NCBI GenBank assembly: GCA_965232985.1
Contig: CBDDRC010000042.1
Location: 361,907-425,906 of the forward strand
Source of the DNA: an uncultured bacterium
Lineage (GTDB): Bacteria; Pseudomonadota; Gammaproteobacteria; Pseudomonadales; JADFDG01
Direction: 5' to 3'
Length of the DNA: 64,000 nucleotides
Of this stretch, positions 28,152-36,749 are shown piece after piece. A program made the position numbers and the translations under genes. Under the pieces are notes generated by a model that ran no database searches, had not been told where the DNA came from, and saw nothing but the letters and a program-made list of their open reading frames with translations. The stretch's first letter is position 1. Each line of letters begins with the position of its first letter.

Positions 28152-30056
28152 ATGCAGTCCGTCAACACCGCCACACTCGGCACCGCACAGGATCCAGCCA
28201 ACAAACCGCTGGCTACCCTGACTCTCGGGGCGCTGGGCGTCGTTTTCGGCGATATCGGTACCAGCCCGCTGTACACCCTGCGCGAATGTTTTGCCGGCCA
28301 TCACCCGATGCCTACCACTCCGGAGAACGTGCTCGGCGTGCTGTCACTCATCACCTGGGCACTGATCATCGTCGTGCTGGTGAAGTATGTGACTTTCATC
28401 ATGCGTGCCGACAACAACGGCGAGGGCGGCATTCTCGCACTGCTGTCACTGACGCTGCGCGCCGGCTCCCAAAGCGCCCGCACCCGCATCGTCCTGACCC
28501 TGCTGGCACTGATGGGCGCCGCCCTGTTCTATGGCGATGGCGTCATCACCCCGGCCATCTCGGTACTGAGCGCAGTCGAGGGTCTCAACGTCGCCGCACC
28601 GAGCCTTGAGTCCTATGTCATTCCGATCACGCTCGGCATTCTCGTTGCGCTCTTCGTGGTGCAACGCCAGGGTACGGCCAGCGTCGGCACGCTATTTGGT
28701 CCGGTGATGTTGTTGTGGTTCGTGGTACTTGGCGCGCTGGGCATCAGCGGCATTGTGCAACACCCGGAAGTACTCGCCGCGCTCAACCCGCTGTATGCCG
28801 CCGCGTTCATCCTCGATCACCAGTTCGGCGCCTTCCTCACCTTCGGCGCAGTGGTACTCGCCGTCACCGGCGGCGAAGCGCTGTACACGGATATGGGCCA
28901 CTTCGGCCGCAAGCCGATCCGCATCGCTTTCGTCGTGCTGGTGTTCCCCTGCCTGCTGCTGAACTATTACGGCCAGGGCGGCCTGCTGATCGCTGAACCT
29001 GCGGCGATTGCCAACCCTTTTTATCACCTGGTGCCCGACGGTTTTCTGTATCCGATGATCGCGCTCGCCACCGCCGCAACGGTGATTGCGTCGCAAGCCG
29101 TGATTTCCGGTGTGTTTTCGGTGACCCAACAAGCGATTCTGCTCGGCTACTGCCCGCGCATGCACATACGCCACACGTCGCATCAGGCCAGGGGCCAAAT
29201 CTATATTCCCACCGTGAACACGTTTCTGCTCATCGCCGTGATCGGCGTGGTGCTGATCTTCCAGAACTCCAGCAACCTCGCCGCCGCCTATGGCATCGCC
29301 GTTACCGCAACAATGGCGGTCGATACCATTCTCGGCTTTGTCGTCGCCCGCACCATCTGGGGCTGGAGCAAGCCGGTGGCAATCGCCGCGCTGGTGTTCA
29401 TGCTCGGCGTCGACCTCACCTTCTTCAGTTCCAACCTGCTGAAGTTTTTCGAAGGCGGCTGGTTCCCGATCCTGCTCGGCGGCAGCGTATTTCTGCTGTT
29501 GTCGACCTGGCGACGCGGCCGCGAAATTCTCGCCGAGCGCTTGGCCTGCGATACCTTCGACATCAAGTTGCTGGTCGACAGCCTTGCCCTCGACCCGCCG
29601 ACGCGCGTCCAGGGCACGGCCGTGTTCATGACCTCGAATGCCGAGCGCGTACCGCCGGCGCTGCTGCACAACATGAAGCACAACAAGGTGGTACACGAGC
29701 GCAACATCCTGCTTACCGTGCGCGTCGCCGACATTCCTGCCGTCGATGACGAGCACCGCATCGACGTCGAAGAACTGGGCGGCGGTTTCTGGTGCATCGT
29801 CGGCCACTACGGTTACATGGAGGCGCCGGACGTGCCGTCGTTGCTCGAACTGTGCACCATTCAGGGGCTTTATTTCGACCTGATGGATACCACCTTCTTC
29901 CTGTCGCGCGAACGTATCGTGCCGAATGCCGAAGGCATGTCGATGTGGCGTGAGCGCATCTTCGGCGCGATGTCGCGCAACGCCATCGCCGCCACCGAGT
30001 TCTACAACCTGCCATCCAATCGCGTGGTGGAAATGGGCGCCCAGGTGTCGATCTAG
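28152..30056 (+). CDS. kup: Potassium uptake protein Kup
   Basis: 634 aa from ATG 28152. GVVFGDIGTSPLY signature and full-length KUP/HAK layout. Confidence 0.92.
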   Translation: MQSVNTATLGTAQDPANKPLATLTLGALGVVFGDIGTSPLYTLRECFAGHHPMPTTPENVLGVLSLITWALIIVVLVKYVTFIMRADNNGEGGILALLSLTLRAGSQSARTRIVLTLLALMGAALFYGDGVITPAISVLSAVEGLNVAAPSLESYVIPITLGILVALFVVQRQGTASVGTLFGPVMLLWFVVLGALGISGIVQHPEVLAALNPLYAAAFILDHQFGAFLTFGAVVLAVTGGEALYTDMGHFGRKPIRIAFVVLVFPCLLLNYYGQGGLLIAEPAAIANPFYHLVPDGFLYPMIALATAATVIASQAVISGVFSVTQQAILLGYCPRMHIRHTSHQARGQIYIPTVNTFLLIAVIGVVLIFQNSSNLAAAYGIAVTATMAVDTILGFVVARTIWGWSKPVAIAALVFMLGVDLTFFSSNLLKFFEGGWFPILLGGSVFLLLSTWRRGREILAERLACDTFDIKLLVDSLALDPPTRVQGTAVFMTSNAERVPPALLHNMKHNKVVHERNILLTVRVADIPAVDDEHRIDVEELGGGFWCIVGHYGYMEAPDVPSLLELCTIQGLYFDLMDTTFFLSRERIVPNAEGMSMWRERIFGAMSRNAIAATEFYNLPSNRVVEMGAQVSI

Positions 30057-30201
30057 CGCGATTGCCACAAAATGTGCAGGAAGCCGGAAGAGACGAAACC
30101 ACCGTGCCATCATGTTTCTCGCCAACGAGAAACCATATCTCAGACAAGAGATTGAGCGGCTGCAGCCTGAATGCACACGTTAGGTTTTATGAGGAGACGC
30201 A

Positions 30202-31017
30202 GTGAATCTTAGTGCCTACGAAAAGCATCAGATACGAAAAATTGGCGCATGGAAGCGCGAGGCGCCATCCATAGCCTTCAGGGCGATTGGCTTCGCGCTA
30301 ACACCCGTGACGCGGCTGATTCTTCGTGTAATTCCAGACTCCGCAATCAGGCGTGTTCTGGACTTTTCGTCGTCTGCCGCCGAATGGCTGACTGATACAG
30401 ATGACGTTGTACGCGATGCAGGGGTTAGCAAAGTGGAGGATCTGAGAAAACACGATTTGGAAAAATCAGATCAACTCGCGAACGCAGTTCATAACTGGGC
30501 CATTGCCATGGCCTCTGCTGAGGGCGGAGCAGCCGGCGCAGCAGGGATTTTTGGTCTGGCTATCGATGTGCCTGCCATCATCGTGATAGCACTTCGCACA
30601 ATTCACAAAATTGGTGCTTGCTATGGATTTGAGGTCAGGACGAAGAGCGATCGGGATTTTGTTCTGGCTGTCCTGTCGGTGTCCGGGGCAAATGATATGA
30701 CCGAAAAGGTCGCGGCTCTCAACACGTTAAGGGCAATCGAGGTTGCCGTGGCAAAAACAACATGGAAGGCGCTGGCGGAGCAGGCCGCAACGGAGCCGCC
30801 TGGCAAGCAGAGCGATATCATTGGAGTCAATAATCTTGCGAAGCAGATCAGCATTAACCTCACCAAGCGCAAAACGCTGCAAGCCATTCCGGCTATCGGC
30901 GCCGTCGTTGGGGCATCGGTGAATGGGTGGTATGTCAAGGAAGTGGGTTGGGCTGCCAGGCACGCGTTCCAAGAGCGCTGGCTCATTGAGAACCATAAAA
31001 TCATGGCGATCGCGTAG
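30202..31017 (+). CDS. EcsC family protein
   Basis: GTG start after GAGGAG. MNLSAYEKHQIRKIGAWK... and Gly/Ala-rich helices typical of EcsC. G+C is clearly lower than the flanks. Confidence 0.7.
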   Translation: MNLSAYEKHQIRKIGAWKREAPSIAFRAIGFALTPVTRLILRVIPDSAIRRVLDFSSSAAEWLTDTDDVVRDAGVSKVEDLRKHDLEKSDQLANAVHNWAIAMASAEGGAAGAAGIFGLAIDVPAIIVIALRTIHKIGACYGFEVRTKSDRDFVLAVLSVSGANDMTEKVAALNTLRAIEVAVAKTTWKALAEQAATEPPGKQSDIIGVNNLAKQISINLTKRKTLQAIPAIGAVVGASVNGWYVKEVGWAARHAFQERWLIENHKIMAIA

Positions 31018-31037
31018 GGCATAGCCCCCCACCTTGA

Positions 31038-31808
31038 TTACCTCGGCTGCATGCGGATGGCGCCGTCGAGGCGTACCGTCTCGCCGTTGAAAAACGCGTT
31101 CTCGACCATATGCACAACCAGCGCGGCATATTCCGCCGGGTTGCCCAGGCGTTTCGGAAACTGCGTCATCTCGATCAGCGGCTGCTTGATCTTGTCCGGC
31201 GCGGCATTCATCAGCGGCGTATTGAATATCCCCGGCGCGATGGTATTGCAGCGGATGCCCAACGGCCCAAGATCACGCGCAATCGGCAACGTCATGCCGA
31301 CAACACCACCCTTGGATGCTGCGTAGGCGACCTGACCGATCTGGCCATCGAACGCAGCAACCGACGCGGTGTTGATGATCACGCCACGCTCGTTGTCGGC
31401 CAGCGGCTCGTTCTTCGCCATCTGGGCTGCACACAGGCGCAGCACGTTGAAGGTGCCAATCAGGTTGATGCCAAGAATCATGCTGAACGTTTTCAGATCA
31501 TGCGGCACATTCTCGCGGCCGACCGTTTTCATCGCCGAACCGACACCGGCACAATTCACACACACGTGAATGGTGCCGAATTTTTCAACCGTTGCCTTCA
31601 CCGCCGCAGCAACCGAATCTTCGCTGGTGACATCGGCCTGCACGAAAATCGCGTTGCTGCCCAGATCGGCAGCCGCTTTCGGGCCACGCTCGGCATCGCG
31701 ATCAAAAATGGCAACTTTGCCGCCCTTGCCGATGATCGCCCCGGCGGTGGCGAGGCCGAGACCCGAAGCGCCCCCGGTGATAACAGCAACCCTACCCTTG
31801 ATCTCCAT
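31038..31808 (-). CDS. SDR family 3-hydroxyacyl-CoA dehydrogenase-like oxidoreductase
   Basis: TGGASGLG cofactor motif and YAASKGG active site. 256 aa from ATG 31808 with an AGAGGAG SD. Confidence 0.8.
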   Translation of the reverse strand: MEIKGRVAVITGGASGLGLATAGAIIGKGGKVAIFDRDAERGPKAAADLGSNAIFVQADVTSEDSVAAAVKATVEKFGTIHVCVNCAGVGSAMKTVGRENVPHDLKTFSMILGINLIGTFNVLRLCAAQMAKNEPLADNERGVIINTASVAAFDGQIGQVAYAASKGGVVGMTLPIARDLGPLGIRCNTIAPGIFNTPLMNAAPDKIKQPLIEMTQFPKRLGNPAEYAALVVHMVENAFFNGETVRLDGAIRMQPR

Positions 31809-31852
31809 GCCTGCTCCTCTTTTTTTAGAACATTTATGCGGAATCTTTGCGC

Positions 31853-32653
31853 CTAGAACCATTTTCCGAGCCAAGCGCTCACCTTGGCGCGCGTCCGGCC
31901 CCACAGACCCGGCTCCTGCGCTGTTGATACTGAAACATCGGGCGCGTAGTCATCCGGATCAACACCGGTTTCCGGAAAGGAATCGAAGGGTGCCCAGTGG
32001 TGACGCACGATGCGCCCGGACTCGAAATAGACACCCTGCTGATCAAGTTTGAGCGCGCCAATCTCGGCGAGCGCAACACTTTCCGGTACTTCCTGCAGGA
32101 AGCCTGCGTGCATAAAATTGTCCGGGTTCAGGCCTTCGGCCTTGTAGTCAAACGGCGCATCCTCGGAATACCGCAGGTAATAGTTCCTGCCGCCTTCAAT
32201 ATTCAACTCCAGATCGAAAATTTTCTTGATGAACAGGATCGACAGCGGCCGCTTCGCATGAAAACTGAACGTACCGGCATGCAATTCAAGCCAAGTATAA
32301 CTGCCGCTTTTCAGGCCGAAGAGTTTGCTGCCGTCAATGAAGAACGACGGCGCCTGCAATTCCTGATCCTCCCAAGAGGTGGAGGGCCGATACAGATAGA
32401 TCATCGCGTTGCGCGGATCGAGCGTGTCCATCGGCTCGAACAGCGGGCCTTGCGGCGGATACAGCCAGGTGCCAGGGGTGGTCATCAGCGGCAATGTTGA
32501 TGGCGCCAGGCGCTGTGCTGGCTTGGGCAGACCAATGCCAGAATCGGCAGCAGGGTCGGCCGCCGATTCTGGCTTGATCGTGCTGCAGGCAGAAAGCAGC
32601 AGGGCGACGCAAAACGCGCCGACATACCGCCGTACGCTGAGTGTTGTTGTCAT
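31853..32653 (-). CDS. Lipoprotein with a DUF2846-like domain
   Basis: Lipobox LLSAC. The pattern IYLYRP...FFIDGSKLFGLKSGSYTWLELHAGTFSF resembles DUF2846. Confidence 0.55.
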   Translation of the reverse strand: MTTTLSVRRYVGAFCVALLLSACSTIKPESAADPAADSGIGLPKPAQRLAPSTLPLMTTPGTWLYPPQGPLFEPMDTLDPRNAMIYLYRPSTSWEDQELQAPSFFIDGSKLFGLKSGSYTWLELHAGTFSFHAKRPLSILFIKKIFDLELNIEGGRNYYLRYSEDAPFDYKAEGLNPDNFMHAGFLQEVPESVALAEIGALKLDQQGVYFESGRIVRHHWAPFDSFPETGVDPDDYAPDVSVSTAQEPGLWGRTRAKVSAWLGKWF

Positions 32654-32727
32654 TATTGGCGTCTCCGGTCCGGCATGGCCGGCCGTCAGCTGGCGTTGCA
32701 AACGAGCGGCCAACTATCCCTTATTTT

Positions 32728-32764
32728 CCCGACGGTTGCCAAGGCCGGCTTGGCAGCCGTCGGG
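32728..32764. other. Long inverted repeat (16-bp stem, 5-nt loop) in a divergent intergenic region
   Basis: CCCGACGGTTGCCAAG gccgg CTTGGCAGCCGTCGGG, with a single G-T wobble. Confidence 0.8.
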
Positions 32765-32849
32765 TTCCGGCCCAAGCTGGCAACCTGCCGTTGGTCACCC
32801 TGGTGCTGCAACCCGGCGCCGGCCCACAAGAACCCCTCGAGGAGATGTC

Positions 32850-33206
32850 ATGACCATCAAGAACCCCGGCCCGCAAGCCATCGAGCACCCGCTCTATGTC
32901 CTGCTGCTGGAAGAAAACATCAGCGAATTCAATCGTCGGCGTGCGGCTGGCGAGCGCGTGAGCCTCGCTGGCGCGATGCTGCGCGGTCTCGATCTGCGCG
33001 GCATCGATGCTGACGGCCTCGATCTGCGCGATGCCTGCCTGCGCGGCTGCGATCTGCGCGGCATCGATTTCCGCACGGCGCAACTCGAAGGCGCAACAAT
33101 CACCGAGGCGCGCGTCAGCGGCGCCTACTTTGCAGCCGGCCTCAGTGCCGACGAGCTGCGACTGGCGCTGGAAAAAGGCACCCGCATGCGCAGCACCCCA
33201 CGCTGA
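32850..33206 (+). CDS. Pentapeptide repeat protein
   Basis: GGAGAT SD. Repeats LAGAMLRGLDLRGIDADGLDLRDACLRGCDLRGIDFRTAQLEGA. The upstream part of the ORF-track entry was trimmed. Confidence 0.8.
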   Translation: MTIKNPGPQAIEHPLYVLLLEENISEFNRRRAAGERVSLAGAMLRGLDLRGIDADGLDLRDACLRGCDLRGIDFRTAQLEGATITEARVSGAYFAAGLSADELRLALEKGTRMRSTPR

Positions 33207-33221
33207 CCGACAGCAAACGGC

Positions 33222-33695
33222 ATGTCTGCGCTGCGCATCCGCACGCCCTGCATCGGCATCTGCTCGACCACCTACGGTGGCGACGTATGTCGCGGCTGCA
33301 AGCGTTTTGCCCATGAGGTCATCGACTGGAACGCCTACAGCGAGGAGCAGAAAAAACTGGTCTGGAGCCGGCTTGCGCGCCTCGCCACCGAAGTGGCAGC
33401 GCCGCGCCTGACAATCTTTGATGCCGAGCTGATGGCGCAAACGCTACGCGCCCTCGGCGTGCGCTACCACATCGATCAGGCCCCGGTTTTTGGCGCCCTT
33501 GAATTGCTGCGCGCATTCGGCCAACAGCGTGTTGATCTGACCCGCTTCGGCATCACCGTCATGGCGCCCTGGCTGCACCTGGCGCCGGCTGAACTGCATC
33601 GCGAAATCAACGACGAACTCTACACGCGCACCGAAGCCTGGTACGACCTGCATCACGGTCGCGCCCGCCGGATTCTGCTCAATTGGGACAACTGA
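33222..33695 (+). CDS. DUF1289 domain protein
   Basis: PCIGICSTTYGGDVCRGCKR Cys motif at the N-terminus. Confidence 0.65.
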   Translation: MSALRIRTPCIGICSTTYGGDVCRGCKRFAHEVIDWNAYSEEQKKLVWSRLARLATEVAAPRLTIFDAELMAQTLRALGVRYHIDQAPVFGALELLRAFGQQRVDLTRFGITVMAPWLHLAPAELHREINDELYTRTEAWYDLHHGRARRILLNWDN

Positions 33696-33719
33696 AACGG
33701 ATGCCTTGCGCAGCTTTGC

Positions 33720-34727
33720 TCAACGGCGCGGCATCCAGCCCTGCAGCATTTTCAGGTAATTGACGCGCTCCAGGGCATGCGCGTTGGGCGCCTTTTCCAG
33801 CGACAGCACCCCACGTGCCGCATCAACCGACGGGTAACCTTTCTCGCCCAGCCACCAGTCGAGCTCCTCGACCACACCTTTCAGGCGCGAAACGCCGTTA
33901 TCCAGCAGCGCCGATACCATCTGCACCGACTGCGCGCCGCAAAGGATCGCCTTGGCAGCATCGAGGCCGGTATGCACCCCGCCACTGGCCGACAGGCCGA
34001 TGTCGATGCGGCCATGCAGCAGGGCAAGCGCGTGCAGGCGCAACGGCAACTCGGCACTGGTGGATGTCACCAGCGTACGGTCGACATCCAGCGTGTCGAG
34101 ATTCACGTCCGGCTGCCAGTAACGGTTGAACACAACGACGCCAGCGGCACCGACCTCGGCAAGTTGGCGCACGAAGCCGGGAACCGATGCATAAAATGGC
34201 GACAGCTTTACCGATACCGGCCGCTCCACTGCGGCCACGACCGTGCGCACGACCTCAAGTTGCTGCGCCTCAACCTCAGCGCCGGACAGCAGCGGATCGG
34301 TGACCACTTCATAAAGGTTCAGTTCGATCGCGTCGGCACCGGCATCAGCGAGCAGGCGCGCATACTCAACCCAGCCGCCCGGCGTGACGCCATTGAGTGA
34401 GGCGATCACCGGCACCTCGACGCGCGCACGCATGCGCCGCAGATGCCCGAGGTAGCGGTCAACGCTGAGCGGGAAAACATCGCTCGAAGGCAGCAACGAA
34501 CGCGCCTCGGCATCGGTATCAAGATGCGCGTCGAAATGCCGGTGCTCACCCAACTGTTCGAGAATAAGCTGTTCCTCGAACAGCGAATGCAGCACCACCG
34601 CGCCGGCACCGGCTTCGACCAGCATCGCGACTTTTTCCACGTCGTCGCCCAATGGCGAGGCGCCGATCACGAACGGCGTGCGCAACGAAAGCCCCAACCA
34701 ACGCGTTTTCAGTTCGGCCATGGCCAT
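33720..34727 (-). CDS. Dihydroorotate dehydrogenase-like (PyrD-fold TIM barrel) protein
   Basis: About 335 aa. The layout of LRTPFVIGASPL...GAGAVVLHSLFEEQ...NGVTPGGW...SVKLSP...FNR...SGGV resembles class-1 DHOD-like flavoenzymes. Confidence 0.65.
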   Translation of the reverse strand: MAMAELKTRWLGLSLRTPFVIGASPLGDDVEKVAMLVEAGAGAVVLHSLFEEQLILEQLGEHRHFDAHLDTDAEARSLLPSSDVFPLSVDRYLGHLRRMRARVEVPVIASLNGVTPGGWVEYARLLADAGADAIELNLYEVVTDPLLSGAEVEAQQLEVVRTVVAAVERPVSVKLSPFYASVPGFVRQLAEVGAAGVVVFNRYWQPDVNLDTLDVDRTLVTSTSAELPLRLHALALLHGRIDIGLSASGGVHTGLDAAKAILCGAQSVQMVSALLDNGVSRLKGVVEELDWWLGEKGYPSVDAARGVLSLEKAPNAHALERVNYLKMLQGWMPRR

Positions 34728-34797
34728 GGCCCTCCTGCGGCCAATCAAACGGCAACATGTATCGCAAGGGCTCGTGCAAAACGGCAGGCAAGCCAAT

Positions 34798-34882
34798 TGG
34801 TGCGCCAGGAGGGACTTGAACCCCCACGGATTGCTCCACTGGAACCTAAATCCAGCGTGTCTACCAATTTCACCACTGGCGC
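34798..34882 (-). tRNA. tRNA-Leu (anticodon UAG)
   Basis: 85 nt. 7-bp acceptor stem GCGCCAG/CTGGCGC, anticodon stem-loop CTGGA-TTTAGGT-TCCAG, long variable arm, GGTTCAAGTCC T-arm, encoded CCA. Close to E. coli tRNA-Leu(UAG). Confidence 0.93.
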
Positions 34883-34935
34883 AACAGGCTGCGAATTCTA
34901 GCAGGTCGGAGCCGGCGGCCGATCCTTAACTGGCG

Positions 34936-35763
34936 TCACTGACTGCCGATCTGGCGGTAAAGCTGGCGAATATCCGCAGCCATTTTGTCAGTCTTCTGGG
35001 CAAGCGACTTCAGCTGCGCCTGGGCATCACCACCGCCCGTACCGGTGCGCGGTGCGCCGGCAAGCTGCTCGTTGAGCGTTGCCACGCGGGCACCGACCTG
35101 CTCGATCTGTGCAAGCGCCAGCTTCGCGTCCTTCGCACCGCCGGCCGCCAGTGTGCGGATCTCGCCGACCTGCACGGTGATGCTCGCAACCTCATTGGCA
35201 ACCATATCAAGATCGTTGCGCAGGCTACGGATACCGGCGCTCAATTGCAGCGTATTGATGCGGCCGGGCGCATCCAGTTTCTCTGCGTCAGCCGATGCCG
35301 CACTGAGCTGCTCCTCCAGCTTGGTAATGCGCTCCGCAGCTGCCTTGAGCTTGACCTCGAACTGCTCATTCTGTGCGACAGGTGCAGCGGCGGCACCACC
35401 GGACAGCACGGCGTAACCTGCCAGCAGCAACGCCAACCCCGCCAGCCCCGCGGCAACCCATGTCGCCGCCGGGATTCTTTCTTTCAGCAAAGAGTCTGCC
35501 CCGCGCGCCGCAGGCCGCCTTGCCGAGCGGGGGGGCGCCGCAGTCGGTATCGCCGGCGGCTCCGGGGAGCTGACCTTGAAGACGTCCTGCGACGACGGCA
35601 TTGCCTTGCGCTCGCTGCGCTCAGCCGTGCGCTCGGGCGCCTCCTGCCGCGGCGGTTTTTCCGCATGGGCAGGCGACGCCGGTTGCCGGGGAACCGCAAT
35701 GACATCCTGACTGAGCGTGGACAGCCGGCTTTGCTTGTCCTTGTTGTCGGGCGGAGCAGCCAT
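34936..35763 (-). CDS. Bitopic membrane protein with a Pro/Arg-rich N-terminus and a long Ala/Gln/Leu-rich coiled-coil ectodomain
   Basis: Single TM AATWVAAGLAGLALLLAGYAVL; heptad-like remainder; ends in ADIRQLYRQIGSQ. No recognisable family. Confidence 0.6.
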   Translation of the reverse strand: MAAPPDNKDKQSRLSTLSQDVIAVPRQPASPAHAEKPPRQEAPERTAERSERKAMPSSQDVFKVSSPEPPAIPTAAPPRSARRPAARGADSLLKERIPAATWVAAGLAGLALLLAGYAVLSGGAAAAPVAQNEQFEVKLKAAAERITKLEEQLSAASADAEKLDAPGRINTLQLSAGIRSLRNDLDMVANEVASITVQVGEIRTLAAGGAKDAKLALAQIEQVGARVATLNEQLAGAPRTGTGGGDAQAQLKSLAQKTDKMAADIRQLYRQIGSQ

Positions 35764-35872
35764 GGTGAACCTGTCGAGACAAACCTGCCTGGGAGGAAGC
35801 ACCCGGACTGGCGGGCGTCATTCAGACCGCGACATTAGCACGCACCGTCAACCGGACGCAGTGCGACGCCTC

Positions 35873-36709
35873 TCAACGCCGTTGATACAACTCGGCAACC
35901 TGCTGATTAAGGCGATCAATGGTGGCGTTGACCTGCCGGCGAAACGCGTCATTGGAACCGACGGCCTGCTCGGTCGCCTTTAATCGCTTGCCATGGTCAT
36001 CCTGCAGATCGCGAACGGTAGCCCCGAGCGCGGCGACCTCCGAACGCAATTGCGCGGCGTCGCCATTGCGGGCGAGCCTGACCAGACCCTCCGCCTGGGT
36101 AGCCTGGCGGGCGGCAAGCTGGTCGATGCTCTCTGCTGCAGCCTTGAGGCGCGTGTCGAGTTGTGCGTCTGTCTGGGTGCCGGTCTGATCGGCCTTGCGC
36201 AATTCCGTGGCAATGCTTCGCAGTTCGCCCTCAAGCCCGGCCCGCGTCCGTGTCTCCTGCTCCAACTGACGTGACAACCGCGCCAGGTTGTCATTCAGTC
36301 TGCCGATATCCGCCGCGATCAGATCAAGTGACTTCTGCGTTTGTGAGTCGCTGCTCTTGAGGGTTGTGTTGGTGCTCGCCACCCGCGTTTCCAGCGTGGC
36401 CACCGAATTGCGTGCCGTGGCCTCGAGCACCGCCAACCCGCGACCCAGTTCGCGCTGCTGCAACACCAGGAAAATAACCACGCCAACCAACAACAGCCCC
36501 AGCCCACCGAGCGCCAACACCGCGACGAACAGCGGCGGCCGGCGCGGTGGCGCAGCCGGGCCGGACCCTGGCGGGACAACCGGGCGCTGGCCGGTACGCG
36601 TGACATCAAGGGTATCGGCACCCACACGCGGCTCGCCGGCACCACGGCCGGCCGCATCGACGGTGGAAAGATCGCCGAGATTTACGTCACGCCGGGTCTG
36701 ATCGATCAT
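35873..36709 (-). CDS. Paralogous bitopic coiled-coil membrane protein
   Basis: Same architecture: TM LFVAVLALGGLGLLLVGVVIFLVL, coiled coil, C-terminus QQVAELYQRR. Start taken at ATG 36709 (GGAG 9 nt upstream); GTG 36730 is also possible. Confidence 0.55.
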   Translation of the reverse strand: MIDQTRRDVNLGDLSTVDAAGRGAGEPRVGADTLDVTRTGQRPVVPPGSGPAAPPRRPPLFVAVLALGGLGLLLVGVVIFLVLQQRELGRGLAVLEATARNSVATLETRVASTNTTLKSSDSQTQKSLDLIAADIGRLNDNLARLSRQLEQETRTRAGLEGELRSIATELRKADQTGTQTDAQLDTRLKAAAESIDQLAARQATQAEGLVRLARNGDAAQLRSEVAALGATVRDLQDDHGKRLKATEQAVGSNDAFRRQVNATIDRLNQQVAELYQRR

Positions 36710-36749
36710 CTGCCGCCACTCCGGCAGCACCCGGTCAGCGCGGTGACTT

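Noticed and set aside
28692-30176. 494-aa ORF antisense to kup
   Set aside because: Shadow ORF. Kup is full-length and carries its signature on the plus strand.
34728-34935. tRNA-Leu as an integration site for a genomic island
   Set aside because: I found no integrase, no duplicated tRNA 3'-end direct repeat, and no mobility genes on either side. The low-G+C ecsC islet is 4 kb away, with core-like genes in between.
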